DNA of 64,000 nucleotides from an uncultured archaeon. GTDB lineage: Archaea; Thermoplasmatota; Penumbrarchaeia; JASLWR01. A program made the position numbers and the translations under genes. The notes under the pieces are model-generated. The model made no database searches. It had not been told where the DNA came from and was given only the letters and a program-made list of their open reading frames with translations. Within the stretch, counting starts at the first letter, position 1, and each line of letters opens with the position of its first letter. Positions 36,845 to 46,089 of this stretch are shown here, one piece after another. The stretch is taken from assembly GCA_964430885.1 (NCBI GenBank), contig CAYSHM010000013.1, positions 18,283-82,282 of the forward strand, in the 5' to 3' direction.

Positions 36845-39223
36845 TCATTGGTATCTTAAAGCGTCTCCGGGCTTCAGCTTGGTGGCTCTTCTCAGCGGAA
36901 ACTGGATTATCACAATAGCGATAACAAGTGTAATACCAAGGGACATCAGGATATAGATGCCGGGGAATTGATGCGTAAAGTTGATCCCGAATATCTCGTT
37001 CATCATCCATATAAGGAATCGTCCCACCGCGTAGCCTCCGGGAATTCCTAGTATCCACCCGATAGAAGCCAGGACCACACCTTCGGTCCCGAACACCCGC
37101 CTGATATGCTTGGACAGGGAGCCCAGGCACCTCATCATTCCTATCTCCTTTGTTCTCTCCAGAACGTTCATTGTCATGGTGCTCACTAGTCCTATCATGG
37201 TGATAAGGACGATAAGGGTCCCTACGGCAGCCATGAGCTGGAACATAAGATTGTTCATACGGAGGTTTTCCTCCTCCATGACATACCAGATCTGATTGTT
37301 CACCACATAACCCATGGAGAGCATCTTGTCCTCGATATCGGTGGATACACGGTCGATAAGGCCATGGTCGTCGGAATCGGTCCTGATGGCGAATCCGTTG
37401 ATCATATTCTCCCATCCCACAGCATGCTGGAGGGAGTCCAGGGGTACATATCCGGTAAAACCGTTCATCATCTGCGAGGATGTCAGACCGATCACAGTGA
37501 AGTTCCAGGGCCCCCTGGGCGTGCTTACCTCTACAGTATCACCCACGCCGATACCTGTTCGACTGGCCATGTTCTGTGCAAGAACCATCACGCTGGCATT
37601 TTTATTTTCCTCCGATCCGCTGAACCATCTTCCCCTGTAGACTGTCCGATCATGACGGAAGGTCTCGGTATCATGTGAGAATCCGAATAGATACATGGCT
37701 TCCCCCTCCATCTCTCCTTCTATAAGCATGAAGGGTTCTGCCGTCTCTACGCCGTCCATACTCTCCAGGTCGAACCTGTTGCTCTCGAAAAGGGGTCTGG
37801 CCCCTTCGGTTTGGGTCTGGGACAGGATGTCGATATTGAAGTTATCATACTCCTCAACCACGGCGCTTGAAAGGGAATAACCCACTGTGACAATGCCCAG
37901 GAACATGGAAACCGCCAATGTGACCTGGAGTATGGTTGCCAGGCTTCTCCCTTTCCTCCGGGCTATGTTCCTGATGCCCATCTGAATTGTTCTTGGCATT
38001 CTTTTGAGTCCCATTAGTATCCGATCAGTCATTCCGATACCGTATCCCGATGAGATATTCCCGCCTTCAAGCCCTTCCCTTACTGTGATCTTGAGGCCCT
38101 TTCTAAGAGCGGGTATTATTGCCAGAAGAGTAATGATAATTCCTGATAAGAATGTTATGATGACTGTAAACCAGTGAATATTGAAGGGAGGTATAAGACC
38201 GTAGAATGTTGATGCTATGAACCTGAGGAAATAGTGGGATATGAATATACCGAGGATTACTCCGAGGAGCGACCCGCCGGCGCTCATGAGCACTGATGTA
38301 GTCATGTAGGAACGTATTATCTGAAATCTGGTGGCGCCGATGGCCTTCATCTGGGCAATCTCTTTTCTCTGCTCCGTTATCATGGTGTTCATGGTGTTTG
38401 CTATAAGGAACACTGCACAGAAAAGAGTAAGGAAGGTCATTACGTAGAAGAACAGGGAGTTGTTCTGGAATTCTTCTTTTCCAGGATATTCACTTTGCTT
38501 GTTGATCTCAGGCATATTGGAGAAAGAAGTGAATTCGGTATTGGCCAAAAGGAATGCTCTAACAGTTTCCACAGTTTCCTCTGCCTCAGATTGGGTAGAT
38601 TTTTGGAGGTCGAGTGCAAGAGAATTATAGCCGGATGAATTCGAGATGGCCCTGACCGTATCCAGATTACCGTAGAATACTGCCAGTCCGAAGGAAGTGT
38701 GCGGATAGGTTATGCTGTGTGCCTTTCCGGTGATGTTCAGTTCGGTCTCCACCCCCTCTGAGGTGAATATTCTTACCCTGTCACCGCTGAATAGACCGTT
38801 CCTGGTGTTTCCTTCATCAGCTAATAGCTCCATATGACCCGGTTGACCCCCTGAATCCAAAGCTACTCGGTTAACCTTCTGGTCATCGAAATCCTCTATG
38901 CCGACGATATAGGCCTGGGCTCTCCTTTCGCCTTTGTAGTACCGGGTAACGAAAAAAACTCTTGCCTCTAGATCTTCTACATTATCAAGTCCTCTCAGGC
39001 CATTCAGCTCATCCTTTGTCAGTTCCAGGTCATAGGTTGACAACTGAACGTCATAGAGATTAGCCTTTCTCAATTCGTCTTCCATAGCCTCGTCCATCAA
39101 TGGGGTCACAGCGAAAAGACTAAGGCTGGCCACTGCCAATGTTATGGTGAGCATGGTGAAGATGGTCCGGGATTTTCTGAGTTTCAGGTCCCCGAAGCTC
39201 TTCTTTATTATGCTGGGTATCAT
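36845..39223 (-). CDS. ABC transporter permease with duplicated FtsX domains (YbbP/BceB-like), 792 aa
   Basis: EQRKEIAQMKAIGATRFQI and ERTKEIGMMRCLGSLSKHI FtsX signatures, each followed by three TMs. Large ectodomains. Confidence 0.85.
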   Translation of the reverse strand: MIPSIIKKSFGDLKLRKSRTIFTMLTITLAVASLSLFAVTPLMDEAMEDELRKANLYDVQLSTYDLELTKDELNGLRGLDNVEDLEARVFFVTRYYKGERRAQAYIVGIEDFDDQKVNRVALDSGGQPGHMELLADEGNTRNGLFSGDRVRIFTSEGVETELNITGKAHSITYPHTSFGLAVFYGNLDTVRAISNSSGYNSLALDLQKSTQSEAEETVETVRAFLLANTEFTSFSNMPEINKQSEYPGKEEFQNNSLFFYVMTFLTLFCAVFLIANTMNTMITEQRKEIAQMKAIGATRFQIIRSYMTTSVLMSAGGSLLGVILGIFISHYFLRFIASTFYGLIPPFNIHWFTVIITFLSGIIITLLAIIPALRKGLKITVREGLEGGNISSGYGIGMTDRILMGLKRMPRTIQMGIRNIARRKGRSLATILQVTLAVSMFLGIVTVGYSLSSAVVEEYDNFNIDILSQTQTEGARPLFESNRFDLESMDGVETAEPFMLIEGEMEGEAMYLFGFSHDTETFRHDRTVYRGRWFSGSEENKNASVMVLAQNMASRTGIGVGDTVEVSTPRGPWNFTVIGLTSSQMMNGFTGYVPLDSLQHAVGWENMINGFAIRTDSDDHGLIDRVSTDIEDKMLSMGYVVNNQIWYVMEEENLRMNNLMFQLMAAVGTLIVLITMIGLVSTMTMNVLERTKEIGMMRCLGSLSKHIRRVFGTEGVVLASIGWILGIPGGYAVGRFLIWMMNEIFGINFTHQFPGIYILMSLGITLVIAIVIIQFPLRRATKLKPGDALRYQ

Positions 39224-39274
39224 TTTATTCCACTCCTCTTTCTCCTTGCATTGATATGTTTTCAGGATTTTTCA

Positions 39275-39955
39275 CTACTGTGCCGACGCCCTGCCGTCAA
39301 GAATGGTTATTTTTCTATCCGCCTTGGCTGCCAGTTCTCTGCTGTGGGTGACGTAGATAATGGTCTTACCTCTCTTGTTCAGTCTCTTGAACAGCTTGAA
39401 CATCTCGCTCTCGGTCTTTGAATCAAGATTGCCGGTAGGTTCGTCGCCGATTATGATCCACGGATCGTTGGCAAGAGATCGGGCGATGGCAACTCTCTGC
39501 TGTTCTCCTCCGGATAGTTCAGAGGGCAGATTGTCTAGTTTGTCCCCTAGGCCCACAAGCTCCAGGTTCTTTTTGGCCGTATCCCTTCTCTCCTTCAGGC
39601 TCCCTCGGCCTGCAAAATCCATGGGGAGTATGGCGTTCTCCAGGGCAGTTAGGGTGGGGAAAAGCTGGAAGAACTGAAATACTATCCCCACGTTCTTTCC
39701 TCTCCACTTGGCCAGCTCGTCCTCCTTCATCCTGTCGATCCTCTGCCCTCCAACGGTGATGGTCCCTTCGGTGGGCCGATCGATGCCGGTGATCATGTTC
39801 AGAAGGGTGGATTTTCCGCTGCCAGATGGCCCGACTATTGCCGTTAGTTCTCCCTTTTTTATGGTAAGGTCTATCTCCTTCAAGGCCTGAAATTCCATCT
39901 TTCCTGTGGTGTAGGTCTTTGACAGGCTGTTCAGTTGTATCTCTCTCATTTTCAT
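39275..39955 (-). CDS. ABC transporter ATP-binding protein
   Basis: [36 protein letters not shown]. Confidence 0.9.
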   Translation of the reverse strand: MKMREIQLNSLSKTYTTGKMEFQALKEIDLTIKKGELTAIVGPSGSGKSTLLNMITGIDRPTEGTITVGGQRIDRMKEDELAKWRGKNVGIVFQFFQLFPTLTALENAILPMDFAGRGSLKERRDTAKKNLELVGLGDKLDNLPSELSGGEQQRVAIARSLANDPWIIIGDEPTGNLDSKTESEMFKLFKRLNKRGKTIIYVTHSRELAAKADRKITILDGRASAQ

Positions 39956-40087
39956 TCCTCCTTATTTTCTTCGTTTTGACTATTTCCATTTCCGGATTTC
40001 AACGGTAGTTTCTGCAGCATCAAGGCTGCTTTTAAACGAATTAAATACTAAAATCACAATATATTTTCAGTTCATTTTCCCGATACC

Positions 40088-41002
40088 TCAGCTGCCGATA
40101 AGCAGCCGTTTGGACATCCTTCCGTGAAGCCTTCCCAGAATGCTTACAAGGTGCATTGTCCATGTGAGGATGGCAAATCCCAGAAGCATGGTCACTGCCT
40201 GGAACCAGGCGGGTCCCGGAAGCACACCTACCATCAGACCGTTTATGTTTAGCAGATATATGATGGGTGCACCGATAAGTGCAATTGCCACGGCGAAGAA
40301 GGTCACGATGAGGGTGAAATAGATTATCCCCAGGGGGAAGATCAATAGCATGTAGAGCATGGAAGTGTATAGTTTGGGGTTCTTCAGGATGGTCCAGACC
40401 CTTTTCCACAGCTTACCCTTGACCTTGTACTTTCTTCTTTTACGGGGCATTCTTATTCCAAGTAGTTTTTCGGTGAGACGTCCGTGGAAGAAAGATATGG
40501 GAGATATGCTCAGCAGAAACAGTGCCAGGAGAGGCAGGCCTATAATTGTAACGATAAGTCCCAGACTGAGTGAAAGGCCAGTGACTATATAGGTGAAGTA
40601 GATTATTCCCAAGGGGAACATCAGGAACAGATAAAGGAGGCTTCGGTAGGTCACACTGTCGGCATAAACCCCGAATATTGTTCCCAGTAACCCTTTTCTT
40701 CTCTCCTCCCGTTTTTTCTGGATCCTTTTCTTGTAGCTTTTATCCTGCTTGATGTACTCCTTTGCTATTGTCTTGGGATTTCCGTACTGTCTGATCGCCA
40801 GCTTGACAAGGCGGCCCATGTCGTCTATCTTACTTCTTTCAGCAATATCAGTTATTAGCTCGGTCAAATGCTCTTCTGCATCATCCAGTGCGTCAGCTGT
40901 TATTGCTGGATCCGCATCCTCAAGGCATTTCTCCAATTTCTTGATATAATCCTTTATCGTCAATATCTCACCCATAAATACCACCTCCCAGAACTGTATC
41001 AA
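40088..41002 (-). CDS. DUF1700-like membrane protein with internally duplicated TM region
   Basis: N-terminus IKDYIKKLEKCLEDADPAITADALDDAEEHLTEL..GNPKTIAKEY resembles DUF1700. Two ~60-aa TM halves (LYLFLMFPLGIIYFTYIVTG.../MLYMLLIFPLGIIYFTLIVTF...) are clear repeats. Confidence 0.6.
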   Translation of the reverse strand: MIQFWEVVFMGEILTIKDYIKKLEKCLEDADPAITADALDDAEEHLTELITDIAERSKIDDMGRLVKLAIRQYGNPKTIAKEYIKQDKSYKKRIQKKREERRKGLLGTIFGVYADSVTYRSLLYLFLMFPLGIIYFTYIVTGLSLSLGLIVTIIGLPLLALFLLSISPISFFHGRLTEKLLGIRMPRKRRKYKVKGKLWKRVWTILKNPKLYTSMLYMLLIFPLGIIYFTLIVTFFAVAIALIGAPIIYLLNINGLMVGVLPGPAWFQAVTMLLGFAILTWTMHLVSILGRLHGRMSKRLLIGS

Positions 41003-41516
41003 CGAACCGTTTGGTCCGATTCCAGGTCTCAGTCCAAATGTCCAGCTTCTTCTTTCCCTTGGTTGTAATATCGTAGTATTTTCTCGGAGGTCCGGATTCG
41101 GATGCCTTGAGGAAACTTTTCAGGAACCCTTTCTTCTCCATTGACCTGAGAACTGGATAAATGGTTCCCTGTTTCAGCTCCATTCGGTTGTGGCCCCTAT
41201 CGCTCATCTCCTTTGCGATCTGGTAGCCGTACATCGCTTTTTTGGACTTGTCTAGCACCGACAGCAGGATCAATGATATCAGACCAGTGATGATATCTTT
41301 TTCGAACTTGGCGTCCCTTTGCCCTTTTCCCCGGCCGTTTGTACTACGTCCTCTCTTCTTTCCGGCTTTTTTCTTGCTGTCCTTGGTGGACCTTGCCATT
41401 CCTATGAACATGGATGATGCTAGAATTACAGGGGCCAGTGCCTGGGATCTTTTTTCTGATCTGTTTATATTATCACCTTCATATGAATGAGAAAACCATT
41501 TATTCGCTGCTAGCAT
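40968..41516 (-). CDS. PadR family transcriptional regulator (with basic N-terminal extension)
   Basis: YGYQIAKEMSDRGHNRMELKQGTIYPVLRSMEKKGFLKS is the PadR winged-helix core. Alternative starts at 41411/41399. Start 41516 abuts the stop of the upstream gene. Confidence 0.8.
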   Translation of the reverse strand: MLAANKWFSHSYEGDNINRSEKRSQALAPVILASSMFIGMARSTKDSKKKAGKKRGRSTNGRGKGQRDAKFEKDIITGLISLILLSVLDKSKKAMYGYQIAKEMSDRGHNRMELKQGTIYPVLRSMEKKGFLKSFLKASESGPPRKYYDITTKGKKKLDIWTETWNRTKRFVDTVLGGGIYG

Positions 41517-41517
41517 T

Positions 41518-42480
41518 CTACATCCCTCCTTTGGTTTTTATTGAATGAACCTGGTATCCGTAAAGGTCAACATCTCCATTGGAGGTCTTAATCTCCAGTA
41601 GAGTTCCGCCGTTCCCAATTGTGCCTTTGATCTTATTATCTCCGAAGTTGGACCGGGATATCATTAGGTTATGGAAATCCAGATCACCGTTGCTGGTGCT
41701 CATCTCCACGTTCAGATCGGAATCCAAAGGTATATGCATCTCGATGTCGCCATTGCTGGTCTTGAGGAATGTATCTGTGACCGAAGCATTGATTACTCGA
41801 ATATTGATGTCCCCGTTGCTTGTTCTGACCTCGCGGATATCAAGGACGTCGAATATATCCACTTTGCCGTTATCGGTAACCGCCTTGACTATGCCGTCAA
41901 CACCACTTATCTGTATGGAACCTGAGTCGCATATGCTTGTAACGTTTCCTGTCACATCAGAGATCCTGACCTTTCCGTGTCCGGTCTTCAGGTCAAGGTC
42001 TCCTTCATGATCGCTAACATATATTGCACCAACCTGAGTTTCGATATGGATGTCCCCTGAAGTGCCTTCTATGTCGATCCTGCCCCAATCGGTCTCCACC
42101 TTCTTCACATGAACCTCGCGGGGTATCTGAATGTCCATCTCAACTGAGACCCATGTTATTGTCTCATCATAATCGGTCCTAATGGAAAAATCAACTCCAG
42201 GACTGATATCTATATCCACCTTATCGAGCTCTTCACGGCCGAAATAGGTTATCTTGAGAACGTCTATTAGTATCTCTGAACCGTCATAGCTTTCTATATT
42301 GAGCTTCCCAAGCTTGTTGTCGATTGTTAATACAGTACCGTTCTGAACTGCGTAGTTCCATGATTGCGATGAGGTTTCCTTCTTGAAATATCCCAATGAG
42401 ATCGCCGATGCAAACCACAATCCGCACATGACGAGCATTGCCAGGGATACTATGATAAAGGCTTTGTTCTTGGTGTTCAT
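41518..42480 (-). CDS. DUF4097 (LiaG-like putative adhesin, beta-helical) membrane-anchored protein
   Basis: N-terminal TM, then repeated TSNGD(I/L)(D/N/E) and G(D/N)(I/V)xI units characteristic of DUF4097. Confidence 0.75.
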   Translation of the reverse strand: MNTKNKAFIIVSLAMLVMCGLWFASAISLGYFKKETSSQSWNYAVQNGTVLTIDNKLGKLNIESYDGSEILIDVLKITYFGREELDKVDIDISPGVDFSIRTDYDETITWVSVEMDIQIPREVHVKKVETDWGRIDIEGTSGDIHIETQVGAIYVSDHEGDLDLKTGHGKVRISDVTGNVTSICDSGSIQISGVDGIVKAVTDNGKVDIFDVLDIREVRTSNGDINIRVINASVTDTFLKTSNGDIEMHIPLDSDLNVEMSTSNGDLDFHNLMISRSNFGDNKIKGTIGNGGTLLEIKTSNGDVDLYGYQVHSIKTKGGM

Positions 42481-42689
42481 TTCTTTACCTCCAGGGTACT
42501 TTTTTCAAGGGTATTATGGTGCCTACAATATTAAACACTTTACAGTATTGTAAACTCCACAATAGTATATATACGTTCTTATTTTATTCTAAAAATAGCA
42601 TATCGACGGATATGTCATGTTATAAACTCCGGATAATTTCCGGTAATTTAGCTGTAGAAAAAATGGATTCTCCTTTCGGAAAATGAAAA

Positions 42690-45212
42690 TTAATCTCTTG
42701 TGCCCTTAAGATACTGATAGCCCATCCAAACTATGATTGCCAACACCAAAATTCCCAGTATAATATAGACTATGATGTTTCCCGCAAAGCTTTTCTCCAT
42801 TACTTCGTCCTTTTCTCCGGGGCCTATATCATCATTGTCTTCCGGATCTGAGGGGTTGTCGCTTCGGGCTCCTACCAATACCTCAAAGGTGTCCCAGCCG
42901 GCGTTTCCCGCCTCATCCTTCACTGTGATCTTGACGCTGTACTCCCCTGTTGTATGGAAAATGAAAAAGGGTTCCCTTCCGTAAAGCATCTCGGTGCTGT
43001 TCTGATATTCGAAGGCCCATGTCCAATTAACAATGCCCAGATTGTCCCCGCTGGCGTTCACACTGAAATAGGTGACGTCCCCCTGGGTTGTGATCATCCG
43101 CTCCCTGGCTGCAACGAATGGGGATTCAGTATCTCCCACGGTTATCATGATGTTGTCCGAGTCCATGTTCCCTATTGCATCATAGACCCTCAGGACCACC
43201 CTGTACTGTCCCGGATCATGGAATGTTATCACGGGCTCTTTACCATAGAGTGTCTTTGGTTTTCCCAGTAGGTTCAGTATCCAGGTATAGTTCACAATAC
43301 CAATATTGTCAATCGACCCTCCACCGCTCAGCACTATTTCATCTCCCATTCCTGCACTTTGGTTATTCCCGGCATCGGCAGTTGGCGGGTGCATGTCCAT
43401 TACCAGAGTGCTGAATACCCCGGAGACATCAGCAGTTTTCATTCTGTTGCCCTCAATATCAATACATGAGAAGTAATATTCCAATAGAGCGGCTTCAACC
43501 GGGATCTCCAGCTGGTAGATGTAAACATTTGCTGCCCCGATCATGCGGCTGTAGATCATTCGGTCAACTAGAAAATCCTCACCCTGGGTCCTGAAATGGA
43601 TAAAGGCCTTTGAGATATTGTGATTGTCGTGGAAATTGACGGTCAATGAGATGGTCTCACCGGTTCCTGTATTCCCATCTAGTTCATGAATAAGGAAAAC
43701 CGGGGGATCATTATCCTTCACTTCGATACTTCCGAGGTAGCTGCTGTTGATATTGCCGGCCTTATCCGATATTATTGCATTGTAGAAAAGCATCCCCGGG
43801 CTGGTATCCAGTGTAATGTTGCCCCTCCAGGTTCCATAGGGTGTATGGTTAAGTGTGATATTGCCGGAAAGCGGATCATGGGACCAGTTAACATTTACTG
43901 ACCCGATGCCTGATTCATCCTCAATATCGATAATAAATTCGTAATTATCTCCAGTGGTTGCTGATTCCTGAGAAAGATCCCCAACAAGGACGGGAGGTCG
44001 TGTATCTGGCGGCGGACCGCTGACATTGATACCGATGGTATGGTTGTACCGTCCGAAATCCACCCTGAAAGGGTATACTCCGGGGGGCAGGAGTGTCCCA
44101 TTGGGAAAGGACAGGTTCCATTCCAGAAGATAGAAACCTCCTCCAGGGGGCAGAGCGAAATATGGATATGTCCCATTGCCTTTTTGTCTTGAATATATGG
44201 TGCTGTGATTTCCGTGGTACAGAGCATACCCTGCGGGCTGGTATCCTTCGATCACACCCGGTGCGGTATTTAATATAGTAAGATTTGCAGTCTCCCCGTA
44301 ATGATAATGTTCCTTTTCGGATACCGCTTTATGAGGCTGCAGGTCGGGACCGATTGTAAACCATACTAGGTCCTCTTGATTGTTAAATCGTGGCTCTGAA
44401 ATGAAATATCTTCCCGGGGGGACGGGGTTACCATCCAGATCAAGCTGGTTCCATGTGTGGTCATAATGGATCCCGCCGGATTCCATGTCCCAGATCGCAG
44501 GGGCGTATTCCATGTGTTCCTCGTGATATACCAGAGAACCGTTTTCGCTCTTGATATCAAAAATTCCTATCATGGGTATTCCTCCAACCATCAAAGTTTC
44601 GTTGGAGGTGTTCTTGGTACCTATCACCACTCCCTCTCCTGGCCCGTAATACTTTCGGTCAACAACAAGTTTCAGCACCCATGGATATATCACGATATTA
44701 CAGGCAGCGTCCAGCCCGCCGTAGTTCTTTTCAATAGTATAGTTGCCTGCCGGAACAAGACTGCCGTTGCCGGCCCTTTGATTCCATTTCTCAACAAAGG
44801 TGGTTTCGTGGGGTCTCAGTCTGGAATCGGCAACCACCGCATCCAGGTCATGCTCGGCATATATCAGCTCGCCGGTATCGTTGTTCCTGACGGAAAATGT
44901 GCCTCCTATGGCATGGTTATCATGAAGAGTGCCAGGTCCCTCATTGCTTAGGTAGATCGAGATGTTCTCCTGGCTCCCGTAATAATATTTATCGGTTGAC
45001 AGGAGCAGGTTTGTCTCCTTGGCTCTTGCCTGCATGACGACAGTTTTTTCTAGGCTGAATGTTAATTGTGGCAGGGTGGATTCAGTTGTCAGGTGATTCC
45101 CATGAAGAAATATTTGATTGATAGAAGGGATGAACAGAATTAATAGTATCAATATAATCATGGGAACTGCTGTATTTCCAGTTCTGCCGAGTATGCCCTT
45201 TTTCCGATTCAT
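42690..45212 (-). CDS. Large (840 aa) secreted cell-surface protein with PKD/Ig-like repeats and C-terminal TM anchor
   Basis: Signal/TM at N-terminus, multiple ~90-aa beta-rich repeats (IVNYTWILN..., IVNWTWAFE... PKD-like), C-terminal TM IIVYIILGILVLAIIVWMGY. Contains VNVNWSHDPLSGNITL module shared with the double-FtsX permease ectodomain. Confidence 0.65.
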   Translation of the reverse strand: MNRKKGILGRTGNTAVPMIILILLILFIPSINQIFLHGNHLTTESTLPQLTFSLEKTVVMQARAKETNLLLSTDKYYYGSQENISIYLSNEGPGTLHDNHAIGGTFSVRNNDTGELIYAEHDLDAVVADSRLRPHETTFVEKWNQRAGNGSLVPAGNYTIEKNYGGLDAACNIVIYPWVLKLVVDRKYYGPGEGVVIGTKNTSNETLMVGGIPMIGIFDIKSENGSLVYHEEHMEYAPAIWDMESGGIHYDHTWNQLDLDGNPVPPGRYFISEPRFNNQEDLVWFTIGPDLQPHKAVSEKEHYHYGETANLTILNTAPGVIEGYQPAGYALYHGNHSTIYSRQKGNGTYPYFALPPGGGFYLLEWNLSFPNGTLLPPGVYPFRVDFGRYNHTIGINVSGPPPDTRPPVLVGDLSQESATTGDNYEFIIDIEDESGIGSVNVNWSHDPLSGNITLNHTPYGTWRGNITLDTSPGMLFYNAIISDKAGNINSSYLGSIEVKDNDPPVFLIHELDGNTGTGETISLTVNFHDNHNISKAFIHFRTQGEDFLVDRMIYSRMIGAANVYIYQLEIPVEAALLEYYFSCIDIEGNRMKTADVSGVFSTLVMDMHPPTADAGNNQSAGMGDEIVLSGGGSIDNIGIVNYTWILNLLGKPKTLYGKEPVITFHDPGQYRVVLRVYDAIGNMDSDNIMITVGDTESPFVAARERMITTQGDVTYFSVNASGDNLGIVNWTWAFEYQNSTEMLYGREPFFIFHTTGEYSVKITVKDEAGNAGWDTFEVLVGARSDNPSDPEDNDDIGPGEKDEVMEKSFAGNIIVYIILGILVLAIIVWMGYQYLKGTRD

Positions 45213-45414
45213 TTCAATCCCGTTTTTACAATACTATAAATTGCATTTACTGCAATTGCATATGCTGCTATACTATCACTAATTGATCTGGATTTATTTT
45301 TAACTGATGCCTGCAATTTAAAATTATTTGGGAAATATTTTTATGTGCTCATTTTGAATGGCCTTAAGTGTAAGGTAAACCTTAAATTTATTCAATTTCC
45401 GATCATATGCACGG

Positions 45415-46080
45415 GTGTCAGATATGGTAACAGTAAAATTGTCAGGTAAAGATTATGAGCTTAGACCTACAAAAATTATGTGCCTCCTTCGGAACTATGC
45501 AGCTCATGCAGAGGAATTAGGGCATAAGACCACAGCAGAACCCAAGTTCTTTCTAAAGCCCCCTTCATCTCTTCAGCGGAACAACAAGTTTATCAGGTTC
45601 CCCCCTGAGGTCTATGAACTACATCATGAGGTGGAGTTGGCGGTTATCATATCAAAATCAGGTTCCCATATACCCGAGAATAGGGTCCAAGAGCATATCA
45701 AGGCCTATACCGTAATACTTGATATTACCGCGAGGGATGTGCAGAGAAGGGCCAAGGAAGCGGGTCTTCCCTGGTCCCAGGCAAAAGGTTATGATACCTT
45801 TGCACCTGTGGGACCTGCAGCCTATACCCCTGATGAATTCGACTGGAGGGGTAAGAAAATTTGGCTTAAGGTCAACGGAGAGATGCGCCAGGAAGGCAAT
45901 ACCGACTTGATGCTTTTCAGTGTAGAAAGGATAGTAAGTCATATTTCTAGCATCATGTCCCTTCGGGAGCACGATATAATTTTGACTGGGACCCCTGCCG
46001 GAGTTGGTCCACTCTATGGAGATGACCGGATCGAAGCTGGAATAGAGGGAATGGAACCCCTTACAGTCGATGTGATATAG
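45415..46080 (+). CDS. Fumarylacetoacetate hydrolase (FAH) family protein
   Basis: 221 aa. ILTGTPAGVGPL C-terminal motif and overall FAH-domain layout. Confidence 0.8.
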   Translation: MSDMVTVKLSGKDYELRPTKIMCLLRNYAAHAEELGHKTTAEPKFFLKPPSSLQRNNKFIRFPPEVYELHHEVELAVIISKSGSHIPENRVQEHIKAYTVILDITARDVQRRAKEAGLPWSQAKGYDTFAPVGPAAYTPDEFDWRGKKIWLKVNGEMRQEGNTDLMLFSVERIVSHISSIMSLREHDIILTGTPAGVGPLYGDDRIEAGIEGMEPLTVDVI

Positions 46081-46089
46081 ACAAAAGTT

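Noticed and set aside
36813-37415. 200-aa R/H/Y-rich ORF
   Set aside because: Alternate frame within the FtsX permease gene. Low-complexity composition and no start context.
39519-39989. 156-aa R/H/E-rich ORF
   Set aside because: Out-of-frame overlap with the ABC ATPase gene, which carries intact Walker motifs. Low-complexity artefact.
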